DNA from: a virus
Virus record (IMG/VR): IMGVR_UViG_3300035008_000001
Coordinates: 1 to 57,275 of that record
Direction: 5' to 3' (one strand)
Length of the DNA: 57,275 nucleotides
The number at the start of each line of letters is the position of its first letter. The stretch's first letter is position 1. The notes under the pieces are model-generated. The model saw only the letters and a list, made by a program, of their open reading frames with translations. It was not told the origin of the DNA and did no database searches. Positions 17,605 to 26,995 of this stretch are shown piece after piece. Both the position numbers and the translations under genes were made by a program.

Positions 17605-18692
17605 CGTTTGTCGTTCCCAAGCTCTCTGACCTGTCGCAGCGGGCGCGGCTGATCATTTCGGAGGCGACCGAGGGCGCCACGATCGATCTGTGGCCGAACC
17701 TGTTTCCGATCCTGGCCAAGATGCTCGCGCTGCTCGGCAAGGAATGGCACCTCCGGCTCAAGTTTCTCTACCGCCAGCTCTTTGCCTCCACGGCCGACGA
17801 GATCTGGCTGGTCCGTCATGGCTTTGAACTCGGCATCACCCGGATCCCGGCAAAGATCGCCACAGGGTTCGTCACGGTCACCGTGCCAGTATCTACGGTC
17901 GTGCCTTACGGGGTCACGTTCCGGCGCGCGGATGGTGCTCTTTTCCGCACCCGCACCAGCGCGATCGGCGCCGGATCCGGCACCAGCCTGGAAATGGAAG
18001 CCATTGACGCTGGCACGGCCGGCAACACGGATGCGGCTCAGACGCTGAGCCTGGTCGACACCGGTGTCGTGACCGGGCTCGGCGATACGGCGACCGTGTC
18101 TGCTGGCGGTCTCGGCGGTGGTGCTGATGCAGAACCGATCGAGACCCTTCGCCAGCGCATTCTCGATCGCAAGCGCAACCCGCCTCAAGGCGGTTCGGCG
18201 AGCGACTGGGTCCGGTGGACTAAGGAAAGCTCTGGTGCGATCACCCGGGTCTTCGTCGACAGCTTTATCGGTGACAGCCGAGAGGTCTGGATCAGCTTCC
18301 TGCGATCTGATCGGACTAATGGCATTCCGACACCATCGGACGTCGCGGCTGTGCAGGCTTATGTCGAAGATCCGATCCGGCGCCCGGTGACAGCTCGCGT
18401 CTCGGTGGTTGCCCCTGATCCTCAGCCGGTGGATATCACGATCACAGGCCTATCGCCCGACACTCCTGCCATCAGGGCCGCAGTGGAGGCAGAGCTCGAC
18501 GCCATGTTCGCCGATCGGGTCGCCCCGGCTACGCCCTCGACGAACTTCATCCTCTGGCGCGCGTGGATCTCGGAGGCAGTCTCCCGGGCCACAGGCGAGA
18601 CCAAGCACACCCTGACGGTCCCAGCCACTGACCTGACGTACACGACGGCTGGCGAAATGCCAGTTCGCGGTGTCGTCACTTACTCTTCCTGA
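17601..18692 (+). CDS. Baseplate J-like protein (Mu gp47-like)
   Basis: 363 aa, in the conserved position. ATGA coupling. Confidence 0.7.
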   Translation: MTFVVPKLSDLSQRARLIISEATEGATIDLWPNLFPILAKMLALLGKEWHLRLKFLYRQLFASTADEIWLVRHGFELGITRIPAKIATGFVTVTVPVSTVVPYGVTFRRADGALFRTRTSAIGAGSGTSLEMEAIDAGTAGNTDAAQTLSLVDTGVVTGLGDTATVSAGGLGGGADAEPIETLRQRILDRKRNPPQGGSASDWVRWTKESSGAITRVFVDSFIGDSREVWISFLRSDRTNGIPTPSDVAAVQAYVEDPIRRPVTARVSVVAPDPQPVDITITGLSPDTPAIRAAVEAELDAMFADRVAPATPSTNFILWRAWISEAVSRATGETKHTLTVPATDLTYTTAGEMPVRGVVTYSS

Positions 18693-18702
18693 CGAGATCT
18701 CC

Positions 18703-19401
18703 ATGGCGATACCTGAAGGCTGGCCGTGTGCCCTGCTGCCGGCGCAGCCACCATCCGTGGGTGACCGAGAGAGCGAACCCTCGGCTGACGTCCTGCTGCC
18801 TCAGGTCATCGCGGTCGCGCCGCGTGGTCCGATCTGGGGCACGGACGAGGTCAGTGATGGGACGGGCGCTTCGCCTGGCATGCGGAGAATCTGGAAGGCG
18901 CTGGCAGGCTGGCTATCCGATTACTACAAGGCAGCCTTTGAAGCTGCCATCCAAGCATTCCCGTCTGCTATCACCTATTCGCTTGACGACTGGGAGGCGG
19001 AGTACGGACTGCCGGACCCTTGCACGTCTCCCGAGAGCGGCGTTCAAGGGCGTATCAATGCGGTGCGTGCACGCTTCGGCGCGCAGGGCGGCGCAAGCCC
19101 AGCCTACTTCGTCTGCCTCGCGGCATCAGTCGGTTACGACATCACCATCACGGAGCCATCAGATTTTATCTGCGACGTCTCCGAATGCGATGGCGACGAC
19201 ACAGTTGTCGATGCCAACGGTCATCATGAATGGATTGTCCACCTGCTCGGGTTTGGTGACATCTGGTTCTACGCCGACGAGGGCGTCGTCGACGAAACAC
19301 CTCTTGAGGGCTTCCTCATCGCCACAGATCTTGAATGCATTCTGCGGCGGGTCTCTCCCCTCAACACTTCAATTATCTTTGATTACTCTGGAGTATCCTG
19401 A
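18703..19401 (+). CDS. Baseplate/tail protein (Mu gp48 / DUF2313-like)
   Basis: 232 aa, follows the J-like gene. Confidence 0.55.
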   Translation: MAIPEGWPCALLPAQPPSVGDRESEPSADVLLPQVIAVAPRGPIWGTDEVSDGTGASPGMRRIWKALAGWLSDYYKAAFEAAIQAFPSAITYSLDDWEAEYGLPDPCTSPESGVQGRINAVRARFGAQGGASPAYFVCLAASVGYDITITEPSDFICDVSECDGDDTVVDANGHHEWIVHLLGFGDIWFYADEGVVDETPLEGFLIATDLECILRRVSPLNTSIIFDYSGVS

Positions 19402-20252
19402 TGAAATACCAGCCGCCCTCCGGCTCGTCAGATCCGAATGCGGGCTATATCGGACGCAATCTGGGAGCCGGCATTCAGGGTTCTCGTGTGCCGCCCAAGG
19501 CGGTCGAGCAGCCTCAACGCGAGATCATTGCAGCGATCGTCGCCGCCGGGCTCACGCCGACTGACGCTAACCTCGCACAGTTGACGGCAGCAATCCCTTT
19601 ACTCGCGCCAGGTCGCCTGATCAACGTCCGGATCTTCACCTCGTCCGGCACCTATACACCGACAGCGGGAACGAAATCGGTAGTGGTGGAGGTCCAAGGC
19701 GGCGGCGGTGCAGGCGGGGGCGCGGGATCGACCGCGTCGGGTTCCTTCGCGGCGGCAGGTGGAGGCGGGTCGGCAGGCGGATATGCAGCGAGCTATCTGA
19801 CAAGCGGGTTTGCGGGTCAGGCTATCACCGTTGGCGCGGCTGGCGCCGCAGGCGTCGGCGTTGCTGGCGGCAATGGTGGTGCTTCCTCGTTCGGCAGCTT
19901 GCTAACCGCAGGCGGCGGCACCGGTGGAGCACTCGGCACCAACACAGCAGTCAACAACAACGCATTGATTGTTGGTGGCGCTGTTGGTGGCCAAGGAGTG
20001 GGCGGCAATCTCGTTAATGAGCAGGGTGGGTTAGGACGCTATGCAATTCTCGCCAGCTCGCCGCTGAGTGGTGAGGGCGGTGCCTCTCACTTCGGTGCAG
20101 GAGCCTACTACCGCAGCAGCACCTCTGGCGGCATTGGCGCGACGTCGCCGGGTGCCGGCGGCTCTGGCGCGTCTTCTCTGGCCGGTAACCCATCAGGAAG
20201 CGGCGGCGGCAATGGCGCAGCCGGCATTGTGATCATCTGGGAGTATGCATGA
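19401..20252 (+). CDS. Tail fibre protein with Gly-rich C-terminal domain
   Basis: N-terminus 'MKYQPPSGSSDPNAGYIG...' followed by long GGxGG tracts. TGATG coupling. Confidence 0.65.
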   Translation: MKYQPPSGSSDPNAGYIGRNLGAGIQGSRVPPKAVEQPQREIIAAIVAAGLTPTDANLAQLTAAIPLLAPGRLINVRIFTSSGTYTPTAGTKSVVVEVQGGGGAGGGAGSTASGSFAAAGGGGSAGGYAASYLTSGFAGQAITVGAAGAAGVGVAGGNGGASSFGSLLTAGGGTGGALGTNTAVNNNALIVGGAVGGQGVGGNLVNEQGGLGRYAILASSPLSGEGGASHFGAGAYYRSSTSGGIGATSPGAGGSGASSLAGNPSGSGGGNGAAGIVIIWEYA

Positions 20253-20722
20253 TGGCGAAGGTTGCACAGGTCATTGAAAACGGGGTTGTCGTCAACGGCA
20301 TCCTCGTTCCGGATGATGCCCAGATCGCCGATGATGGCGGCAAGTTGGTCTGGGATGGCGACGAGCTCAGCGCACATGAAGGCAGTACGTTCGCTTTCAT
20401 TGAAGGAGCAGCGATCGGGTGGATCGAGCAGGATGGAGAATGGACGGCTCCCCCAGAGCCCGAACCTCCTGTGGCTCCTGCCAAGCGGCAGTTCACCTTC
20501 CTGGAGTTCATGGAACTCTTCACCACGGACGAGCAGCTGACGCTTGTCGAAGCGTCAATGACCTTGCCGCCAGTAAAGCTCTGGTATGACAAGGCTCTGG
20601 GCGCTCAGTACATCGATCTTGACGATCCCCGTACCGGGCCGGGCCTTCAAGCACTCGTCGATGCCAACCTGATCACTTCAGGAAGGATGGCCGCAGTGCT
20701 GGCGGGGCAGGAGCCGGAATAG
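20249..20722 (+). CDS. Hypothetical fibre-associated protein
   Basis: ATGA coupling to the fibre gene. 157 aa. Confidence 0.55.
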   Translation: MMAKVAQVIENGVVVNGILVPDDAQIADDGGKLVWDGDELSAHEGSTFAFIEGAAIGWIEQDGEWTAPPEPEPPVAPAKRQFTFLEFMELFTTDEQLTLVEASMTLPPVKLWYDKALGAQYIDLDDPRTGPGLQALVDANLITSGRMAAVLAGQEPE

Positions 20723-20742
20723 CATTCGAGTAATTGACCGAT

Positions 20743-20770
20743 GCCGCGCCACTCTTCGGAGCGGCTTTTT
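20743..20770 (+). terminator. Possible intrinsic terminator
   Basis: Imperfect stem gccgc...gcggc followed by ttttt. Confidence 0.35.
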
Positions 20771-20787
20771 CATGCCCCGGAGCCCCT

Positions 20788-21141
20788 ATGAAGGTCCCGA
20801 CTTTCAATTCGAAGGCGGACTGGCGCTTCTATGCCCAGTTCTTGCAGACGGATCCGATCACCAAGGCCGAGACGCCGATCATCCTGACTGGTTCGCGATT
20901 GCGTGTGACCTTCATGGCTCCGGACGGAACGGTCGCAGGGCAGGCGACGACCGAGAGCGGGGTCACGATTACGACGCCGCTGCAGGGCAGGGTGGCTGTG
21001 GTCGTTGCGGCTGCCGGGCGGGAAGACCTGTCTCCACTCGCCCCTGTTGCTCTCATCGGAGACGTCTATCGCTCGACGGATGGGTCTGAGCCGACCGAAT
21101 GGATTGCCCGCATTCCGGCGACGTTGGTTGCGGGAGCCTGA
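20788..21141 (+). CDS. Hypothetical structural protein
   Basis: ATG at 20788. 117 aa, beta-rich. Confidence 0.5.
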   Translation: MKVPTFNSKADWRFYAQFLQTDPITKAETPIILTGSRLRVTFMAPDGTVAGQATTESGVTITTPLQGRVAVVVAAAGREDLSPLAPVALIGDVYRSTDGSEPTEWIARIPATLVAGA

Positions 21142-21143
21142 CC

Positions 21144-21350
21144 ATGACCGCCTCTGCTATCGTCCAACCCCCTGGGCATACGGTTGTCATCGAACATGAA
21201 AGCATTCAATCCCTCGTGCTTTTCGGTGATCTGACCACCACCGTAGTCGAGGTTCCGGGTCCGCAGGGGCCACCCGGTGTGCCTGGAAGCGGTAGCGCAG
21301 AGCCCGACATCCCGAACCTTACCCTTCTCTTTGAAAACCAGCTGGTGTAG
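21144..21350 (+). CDS. Short protein with collagen-like GPQGPPGVPGSG segment
   Basis: ATG at 21144. 68 aa. Confidence 0.45.
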   Translation: MTASAIVQPPGHTVVIEHESIQSLVLFGDLTTTVVEVPGPQGPPGVPGSGSAEPDIPNLTLLFENQLV

Positions 21351-21352
21351 CC

Positions 21353-22180
21353 ATGAGCCTCGCAACCAATCTTCAGGATCTGGCGACCAGAGTCGCCACA
21401 GAGATCAAGAGCGTCCGCACGTTGCTGAATGGCAATCAAGCCAATCTCAACGGCCTGACAACCACGGCCAAGACGAACCTTGTTGCTGCCATTAATGAAC
21501 TCAAGGCCGGGCTGGATGCCGCAGCTGGCGGGGCTGCCGGGATCAATGATGCGGCAACAGGTTCGGGTAGCACTTGGTCATCCAGCAAGATCGCGTCTGA
21601 GATCAGTGCCGCTGCGGCGGCTGTCGTCAATGGCTCTCCCGGTGCCCTCGATACCTTAGAGGAGTTGGCGAATGCTCTCGGTGATGATGCCAACTTCGCC
21701 TCGACTGTAACGACGGCCCTCGGGCGTCGGGTGTCCGTCGATACGCAAACCTTTACGTCTGGCGAGAAGGGTCAGGCTAGAACTAATATCGGTGCAGCTG
21801 CGGACAATCATACCCATGACGCCGCAACAGGCGCGGCAGCAGGATTCCTGTCTGCTTCAGACAAGAACAAGTTGGATGGAATTGCGACCGGTGCGAATAA
21901 CTACACGCATCCGAGCGGCGATGGTAACCGCCACGTCCCGGCCACTGCTGCGGGTGACGTTAACGAATTCTTGAAGTCGGCAGGGTCGGCCGGAGGCGCA
22001 CCTGCATGGTCCCCTGTCACCAAAGCAGATGTCGGGCTCGGGAACGTCGACAATACGTCCGATGCAAACAAGCCTATCAGCACTGCTCAGCAGACAGCTC
22101 TAAATCTCAAAGCCAACACTGCCGATGTGGGTGATACAGGCACAAACTTCGTCGCGACCTTTGAGGCGGGCCTTGTGTAA
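21353..22180 (+). CDS. Tail fibre protein
   Basis: 'GSPGALDTLEELANALGDDANFASTV' is a motif common in phage fibres. The N-terminus is paralogous to the next gene. Confidence 0.7.
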   Translation: MSLATNLQDLATRVATEIKSVRTLLNGNQANLNGLTTTAKTNLVAAINELKAGLDAAAGGAAGINDAATGSGSTWSSSKIASEISAAAAAVVNGSPGALDTLEELANALGDDANFASTVTTALGRRVSVDTQTFTSGEKGQARTNIGAAADNHTHDAATGAAAGFLSASDKNKLDGIATGANNYTHPSGDGNRHVPATAAGDVNEFLKSAGSAGGAPAWSPVTKADVGLGNVDNTSDANKPISTAQQTALNLKANTADVGDTGTNFVATFEAGLV

Positions 22181-23148
22181 TGGCACTGATCGACAAGATC
22201 AACGACTTGGCAACGCGCATTGCTGCGGAGGTCAAGGCGAAGCTAGATCGCTCTGAGGTTTCGACCTTCGGGCTCTCACTGATCAATGATTTAGACGCGC
22301 CATCTGCTCGTACAACGCTAGGGCTCGGTGGGCTTGCGACGAAAAGTACTGTTGCATCTGCTGATATTGACGCACATGCCGTGACGAATACTGTCCTGCG
22401 AGACAGCGCGGCCCTGTCTGTGATTGGAAGGGCCGCAAATAGTATAGGCGATCCTGCTGACATTGCCGCTGGAACAGATGGCCATATTCTGAGGCGGTCT
22501 GGGACAACTCTCGGGTTCGGGACACTCGCTACAGCGGGGGTCGCTGATGCCGCTATCACCTATGCCAAAATGCAGACTGTGGCGGCGCTATCGACACCCG
22601 GTCGAGCCTCAAACTCAACAGGAGTGCTAGCTGATATCGTCGCTTCTGCAGACGGCCAAGTGCTCCGTCGCTCCGGCACAACGCTCGGATTCGGGACGGT
22701 TGTGACGGCCGGCATAGCAGACAATGCGGTCGCGAATGCGAAGCTGGCCGATATGGCAGCATCGACAATCAAGGGTAACAACGGGGGGGCATCCGCCGAT
22801 CCGATCGACCTGACCGTTGCCCAAGTCATGACGATGTTGGGATTTGCGAGCTCTAAGGCCGCTGCTGGCTATCAGCAGCTACCTGGGGGCGTCATTCTTC
22901 AATGGGGATCCCGGAGCAGCCCGGACGGTAGCAACCAGACTGTGACGTTCCCAATCGCATTCCCAGTCGCATGCCAGCTCTTTCTCCCGGTTGCCATCGC
23001 TAATGCTGCAGGGACGCAACTCGTCGCAGTGTTCGCTGGTTCTGCCGCCACGACGACTGGATGCTCTCTTCAATATCGCTACGCCACCAATGGTGGCGCT
23101 GTCGGCGTGCTTGCCACATCCGCCTACTGGTTTGCCGTAGGATACTGA
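22180..23148 (+). CDS. Tail fibre protein with an internal tandem repeat of about 57 aa
   Basis: 'DGHILRRSGTTLGFGTLATAGVADAAI' is repeated as 'DGQVLRRSGTTLGFGTVVTAGIADNAV'. TAATG coupling. Confidence 0.7.
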   Translation: MALIDKINDLATRIAAEVKAKLDRSEVSTFGLSLINDLDAPSARTTLGLGGLATKSTVASADIDAHAVTNTVLRDSAALSVIGRAANSIGDPADIAAGTDGHILRRSGTTLGFGTLATAGVADAAITYAKMQTVAALSTPGRASNSTGVLADIVASADGQVLRRSGTTLGFGTVVTAGIADNAVANAKLADMAASTIKGNNGGASADPIDLTVAQVMTMLGFASSKAAAGYQQLPGGVILQWGSRSSPDGSNQTVTFPIAFPVACQLFLPVAIANAAGTQLVAVFAGSAATTTGCSLQYRYATNGGAVGVLATSAYWFAVGY

Positions 23149-23149
23149 C

Positions 23150-23608
23150 ATGAAGTTTCTTGTTACCAATGATGAAGGGCTGCCATCAGCGTTTTATGCA
23201 GATGATATTGAGTACCCAGATGGTGTTCCACCAGATGCTGTTCCGATTTCAGATGACCAATGGCGCGAGTTCATCAATAATGCTGGCCGGCGGAGATGGC
23301 AGGATGGCGCTGTCGTTGACTACGATCCTCCCTCTTCGCACCCCGGGACATCGGAGCAAGAGACGCTCTCCGACTGGCGCATTGGGTTGATCAAAAATGG
23401 ACGCTTCGTTGACGTGCAGGCGAGAGTTGCTGCTGCGCGAGACAGCGGTGCTGAGATTGGCTTAATTGCATGGGAACGGTTCGAATATGCTAACTACGTA
23501 TATCGAAGTGAACTCATGGCATTGAAGGATGTCTTTGGGTTCTCGGCGTCTGAGGTCGATCAGAGCATGAATTGGGCGCGTCGGCTTCGCGAGCCCTCGA
23601 CCGACTGA
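23150..23608 (+). CDS. Putative tail fibre assembly/chaperone-like protein
   Basis: 152 aa, directly after the fibre genes. Confidence 0.45.
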   Translation: MKFLVTNDEGLPSAFYADDIEYPDGVPPDAVPISDDQWREFINNAGRRRWQDGAVVDYDPPSSHPGTSEQETLSDWRIGLIKNGRFVDVQARVAAARDSGAEIGLIAWERFEYANYVYRSELMALKDVFGFSASEVDQSMNWARRLREPSTD

Positions 23609-23810
23609 TCTCTTCCCTACATTGTGTTGCCGGTGAGTGGGATTTCGTAACCCACGAAACAGAACGCCCCGGCGAGCGGTCGTGCGGAGCGCTCAGCCAG
23701 GGCGTTTGGCGACCTTGCGGCCACACAGCATTCGTAAACGGAGGACCCGCCCGGGTCAACCGCGTCATCCTGTCCGCAATCTAGACCTTGGTGCCTTCCG
23801 CTCTCCGCCC

Positions 23811-23834
23811 AGCCCGCCTCAGTGCGGGCTTTTT
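23811..23834 (+). terminator. Intrinsic terminator
   Basis: 7-bp stem with 6-nt loop, agcccgc-ctcagt-gcgggct, followed by tttt. Confidence 0.6.
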
Positions 23835-23835
23835 C

Positions 23836-24996
23836 ATGGACAATCACATGGACCAGATGACCATCCAAGCCGCCCGCAAGGCGGCGACGAAGTATGACGT
23901 CCCGCTCGCCAACCTCCTGGCCGTCATCCAGGTCGAGAGCAACGGCCAGATCTTCGCCACGATCAAACATGACGGCATCCCGATCAAGGAGCCGCTCATC
24001 CGGTGGGAAGGACACTACTTCGACAAGCGGCTTGACCCCAAGACGCGGGCTACGGCCAGGGCCAAAGGCTTGGCCGATCCTAAAGCTGGCGGCGTCAAGA
24101 ACCCATCCTCTCAGCAGGCCAGGTGGGACCAACTGTTTCTGCCCGCCTGCGGCATTGATCTGAACGCGGCGATCGAGAGCGTCAGCTTCGGCGTCGGCCA
24201 AGTGATGGGCGCCCATTGGGACAAGCTCGGATACGCCTCGCCGGCGGAACTGATGGCTGAGGCCAGGGACGGTGTTGAGGGGCAGATCGAGCTGATGCTC
24301 CGGTACTGCCAGACCTTTGGCTTGCTCGACGAGCTCCGGCGCGGTGACTTTGCAGGCTTTGCCCGTGGCTACAACGGTCCCAACTACCGGAAATATTCGT
24401 ACGACACGAACATGGCTGCGGCGGCGAAGACCTTCGCTAGGACCATTGCGGGGTCGACAGCCGGCACCACGGACCAGGCGAAAGCAGCCAAGGCGTCCGG
24501 CATGGTGCGCCTCGGCACGGAGGGCGCCAAGGTCCGCGAGCTTCAGTCCCTGTTGCGCAGAGGTGGATACACCGTCGATGTGGACGGCGACTTCGGGCCG
24601 GCCACCAAGCGTGCCCTTGAGGCCTTCCAGGAAGATGCCGGTTTGGAGGTCGATGGCCTAGTAGGTCCGAAGACCTGGCAGGCCCTTGAGGCCTACAAGG
24701 TCGACCCCGACGAGCAGCCGGGCGTGCCTAGCCCGGCCGAGTCTCTGACCGCCACGCCGCAGGGCAAGCAGGGTCTCGCCCTTACGCTCTTCGGTGGCGG
24801 CGGCCTGCAGGCTGCGAAGGAGGTCGTCGACAGTGCCAAGGACCAGCTCGAGGTGGTCACCGGCACCATCGGCATGATCGATACGATCTATGCCACCCTG
24901 ACATTCGGCTCCGTCACTCTCGCTCTCGCCGGCATCGCCTGGGCTGGGTACGGCTGGTATCGCGCGAATACCACCCGAGGGGTGGCGGCAGCATGA
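23836..24996 (+). CDS. Endolysin: DUF3380-type N-acetylmuramidase, PG_binding_1 domain and C-terminal TM segment (start uncertain: 23836, 23848 or 23857)
   Basis: 'LLAVIQVESNG...LIRWEGHYF' (muramidase family). 'VRELQSLLRRGGYTVDVDGDFGPATKRALEAFQ' (PG-binding domain). 'ATLTFGSVTLALAGIAWAGYGWY' (hydrophobic C-terminus). Confidence 0.8.
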   Translation: MDNHMDQMTIQAARKAATKYDVPLANLLAVIQVESNGQIFATIKHDGIPIKEPLIRWEGHYFDKRLDPKTRATARAKGLADPKAGGVKNPSSQQARWDQLFLPACGIDLNAAIESVSFGVGQVMGAHWDKLGYASPAELMAEARDGVEGQIELMLRYCQTFGLLDELRRGDFAGFARGYNGPNYRKYSYDTNMAAAAKTFARTIAGSTAGTTDQAKAAKASGMVRLGTEGAKVRELQSLLRRGGYTVDVDGDFGPATKRALEAFQEDAGLEVDGLVGPKTWQALEAYKVDPDEQPGVPSPAESLTATPQGKQGLALTLFGGGGLQAAKEVVDSAKDQLEVVTGTIGMIDTIYATLTFGSVTLALAGIAWAGYGWYRANTTRGVAAA

Positions 24997-25247
24997 TCGC
25001 CTTCCTCAAGCCCCTGATGACATGGCCCATCCTTGGTGCGGTCGCCGCTCTCGCCGTCATCGTCGGCGCCTACCAGTACGGCCGCGCCAGCATGGACGCC
25101 GAGTGGCAGGCCAGAACCCTTCAAAAATCTGTCGAGATGCTCCGGGAAAGGAGAGACACCAATGAAGCCATTCGCAATCTTGATGATCGCGAGCTGTGCA
25201 CTGCTCTTGGCGGCGTGCCAGACGACGCCACCGGCCAATGCTTGTGA
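24993..25247 (+). CDS. i-spanin (Rz-like)
   Basis: N-terminal TM segment 'PILGAVAALAVIVGAY' followed by a charged helical region. ATGA coupling to the endolysin. Confidence 0.65.
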   Translation: MIAFLKPLMTWPILGAVAALAVIVGAYQYGRASMDAEWQARTLQKSVEMLRERRDTNEAIRNLDDRELCTALGGVPDDATGQCL

Positions 25248-25371
25248 CGGTTGGGAAAGGCTCTCGCCATCAGCAGAGACCCGCCAATTCATCATCGCCA
25301 AGGATCGGCCTTTTGCAGAGCAGACGGCCGCTCACAACACCTTTGGACGCACTCAGGGCTGCTGGGAATGA
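25162..25371 (+). CDS. o-spanin lipoprotein (Rz1-like), overlapping the i-spanin 3' end in another frame
   Basis: aaaggagag RBS. 'MKPFAILMIASCALLLAACQ' contains the lipobox LAAC. Confidence 0.65.
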   Translation: MKPFAILMIASCALLLAACQTTPPANACDGWERLSPSAETRQFIIAKDRPFAEQTAAHNTFGRTQGCWE

Positions 25372-25402
25372 CGTCGCGTAGAGTTATGGGGGGCTGAGCT
25401 AT

Positions 25403-25786
25403 ATGGTGGATATTCCCGATCTGGGCACCAGCCCGCCGGCGATCATCCCGATTAGAGAATTGGAGAACATCGCGAAGTTGGCCGCCGATCGCGCGGCCGA
25501 ACAGGTTCTGGCTAGAGCGCCGAGCCGTGATGAGGTTGCACAGCTGGCCAAGACTGCGGCGATCACTGCAGCTGAGGCGGCCGTAGATAAAGCTATCGAC
25601 CGCTTTCTCGAGCGGATCGGCGTCGACCCGGATGAGGTTGGCGTTCTCCGCAAGGACCTCGATGCCCTGCGCTCCTGGCGCGAGATCAAGGAAGCCATGG
25701 TCAAGCAGGGCTTCCTCTCGATGGTCGGCCTGTTCGTCATGGGTGTCTGCACCCTCATCTGGTTCAAAATGTCGGGTGGCAAATGA
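25403..25786 (+). CDS. Hypothetical protein with C-terminal TM helix
   Basis: 'GFLSMVGLFVMGVCTLIWF'. 127 aa. Confidence 0.55.
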   Translation: MVDIPDLGTSPPAIIPIRELENIAKLAADRAAEQVLARAPSRDEVAQLAKTAAITAAEAAVDKAIDRFLERIGVDPDEVGVLRKDLDALRSWREIKEAMVKQGFLSMVGLFVMGVCTLIWFKMSGGK

Positions 25787-26250
25787 CCAAGCGCAAACTC
25801 CTGGCCGGTGCGGTCGTGTGGCTCTTCATGGGGCTCTTCGGCATGGCGCTGTTCTATTACGTCAGCCCCATCCTTGAGGCCCACTTCGCCCCCGTCCTTA
25901 CGGACCAGAAGGTAGAGGTGACGCAACGGGAGCCGGCCAGGGTCTGTTGGCGCTACTCTTGGCATAAGGAACGGTATGCCCAGCCGACCGTGATTGCCTG
26001 GGCCCTGGTCATCGACGGGACGGCCGTGGAGTATCCGGCCGTCGTATCCAGGAGGAGAGACGGTGAAGTGATCCGCGATATCCGGACCGCCACACTTGGC
26101 CCGGGCTCAAACGAGCTCTGCGCCAAGATCCCGCAGGAGCTGGAGAATGTACCGAACCTGACCATCAGAGGGTCGGCGAATTACGCCCTCCGTCACGGTC
26201 TGTGGACCATCTGGCAGGAGATACCAGTCCTCAACGTTCCACCAATCTAG
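25783..26250 (+). CDS. Hypothetical N-terminally anchored membrane protein
   Basis: 'LLAGAVVWLFMGLFGMALFYYV'. ATGA coupling. Confidence 0.55.
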   Translation: MTKRKLLAGAVVWLFMGLFGMALFYYVSPILEAHFAPVLTDQKVEVTQREPARVCWRYSWHKERYAQPTVIAWALVIDGTAVEYPAVVSRRRDGEVIRDIRTATLGPGSNELCAKIPQELENVPNLTIRGSANYALRHGLWTIWQEIPVLNVPPI

Positions 26251-26402
26251 AGCTTCCTCGTCGATTGGCGTCGGCGGGGGAGAGCCCGAAAAGGGCGTTT
26301 CCTCCCTAAACTTGGCCCCCTGAGCTCCGGCTTAGGGGACCCTTTTTGCGTTTTAGGGAGCGGGACTCCCCGCCGGTACCGCTGTGGTGGTAAAGCGCGA
26401 GC

Positions 26403-26732
26403 ATGGGCATCTATTGGAAGAAGACGGCTGAGGTCTATCCCGACGCGAGATATGACAGCACGGACTGGATGGCGTTCGATCCGGCCGTGCGCTTCCCCCG
26501 ATTCCACATGGTGGAGGGAGACGAGACGATCGGGAACGTCCATCAGATCAAGGGCGGGCTTCAGTCAGGCCTCTGGCAATGGTCCATGACGGTTGCCCTA
26601 TCAGGGCCGGCCTATGGCCCACCGACGAACGGGACCGAGGCTGATAAGGTCGAGGCCGGTCGGAAGGTCATTGCCTGCTATCGGCATTACCTCTCGACCA
26701 GGCCGGAGCATTATCAGCTTCGAGAGGGCTAG
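26403..26732 (+). CDS. Hypothetical protein
   Basis: 109 aa ORF with coding-like composition. Confidence 0.5.
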   Translation: MGIYWKKTAEVYPDARYDSTDWMAFDPAVRFPRFHMVEGDETIGNVHQIKGGLQSGLWQWSMTVALSGPAYGPPTNGTEADKVEAGRKVIACYRHYLSTRPEHYQLREG

Positions 26733-26995
26733 CGCCGGCGAGCGCGGGCGTCCTCAAGCTTCTGCATGGTGGCCCGGATCTCCTCAGCAGCCTTGATGCC
26801 CCGTAGGCCGATCACGCCCCTGTCGATCGTCCTGCCATCGGCATCCTTCCGGCCATTGAAGAAGACGTCTCGAGCCTCCTTAGACATGGCGAGCAGAGTG
26901 CGAGCCTCGCATTCGATCCGCCATTCCTCAGACCAGGTGCTAACGGGCCGGCCGGTGAGCTCGGAGATGGCAGTGGTGTCAGTGTCGTAGGTCAT
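26729..26995 (-). CDS. Hypothetical protein (short form of the 26729-27304 ORF)
   Basis: The conserved-looking part begins at 'MTYDTDTTAISELTGRPVSTWSEEWRIECEAR'. The upstream extension is Pro/Arg-rich and lies in the putative att region. Confidence 0.45.
   Translation of the reverse strand: MTYDTDTTAISELTGRPVSTWSEEWRIECEARTLLAMSKEARDVFFNGRKDADGRTIDRGVIGLRGIKAAEEIRATMQKLEDARARRR

Noticed and set aside
19680-20230. GGC/GGT-rich repetitive DNA (also 30560-30700) that could be mistaken for tandem repeats or an array
   Set aside because: These are in-frame Gly-codon tracts of a fibre protein and an exported protein. There is no spacer/repeat periodicity, and no CRISPR array anywhere in the window.
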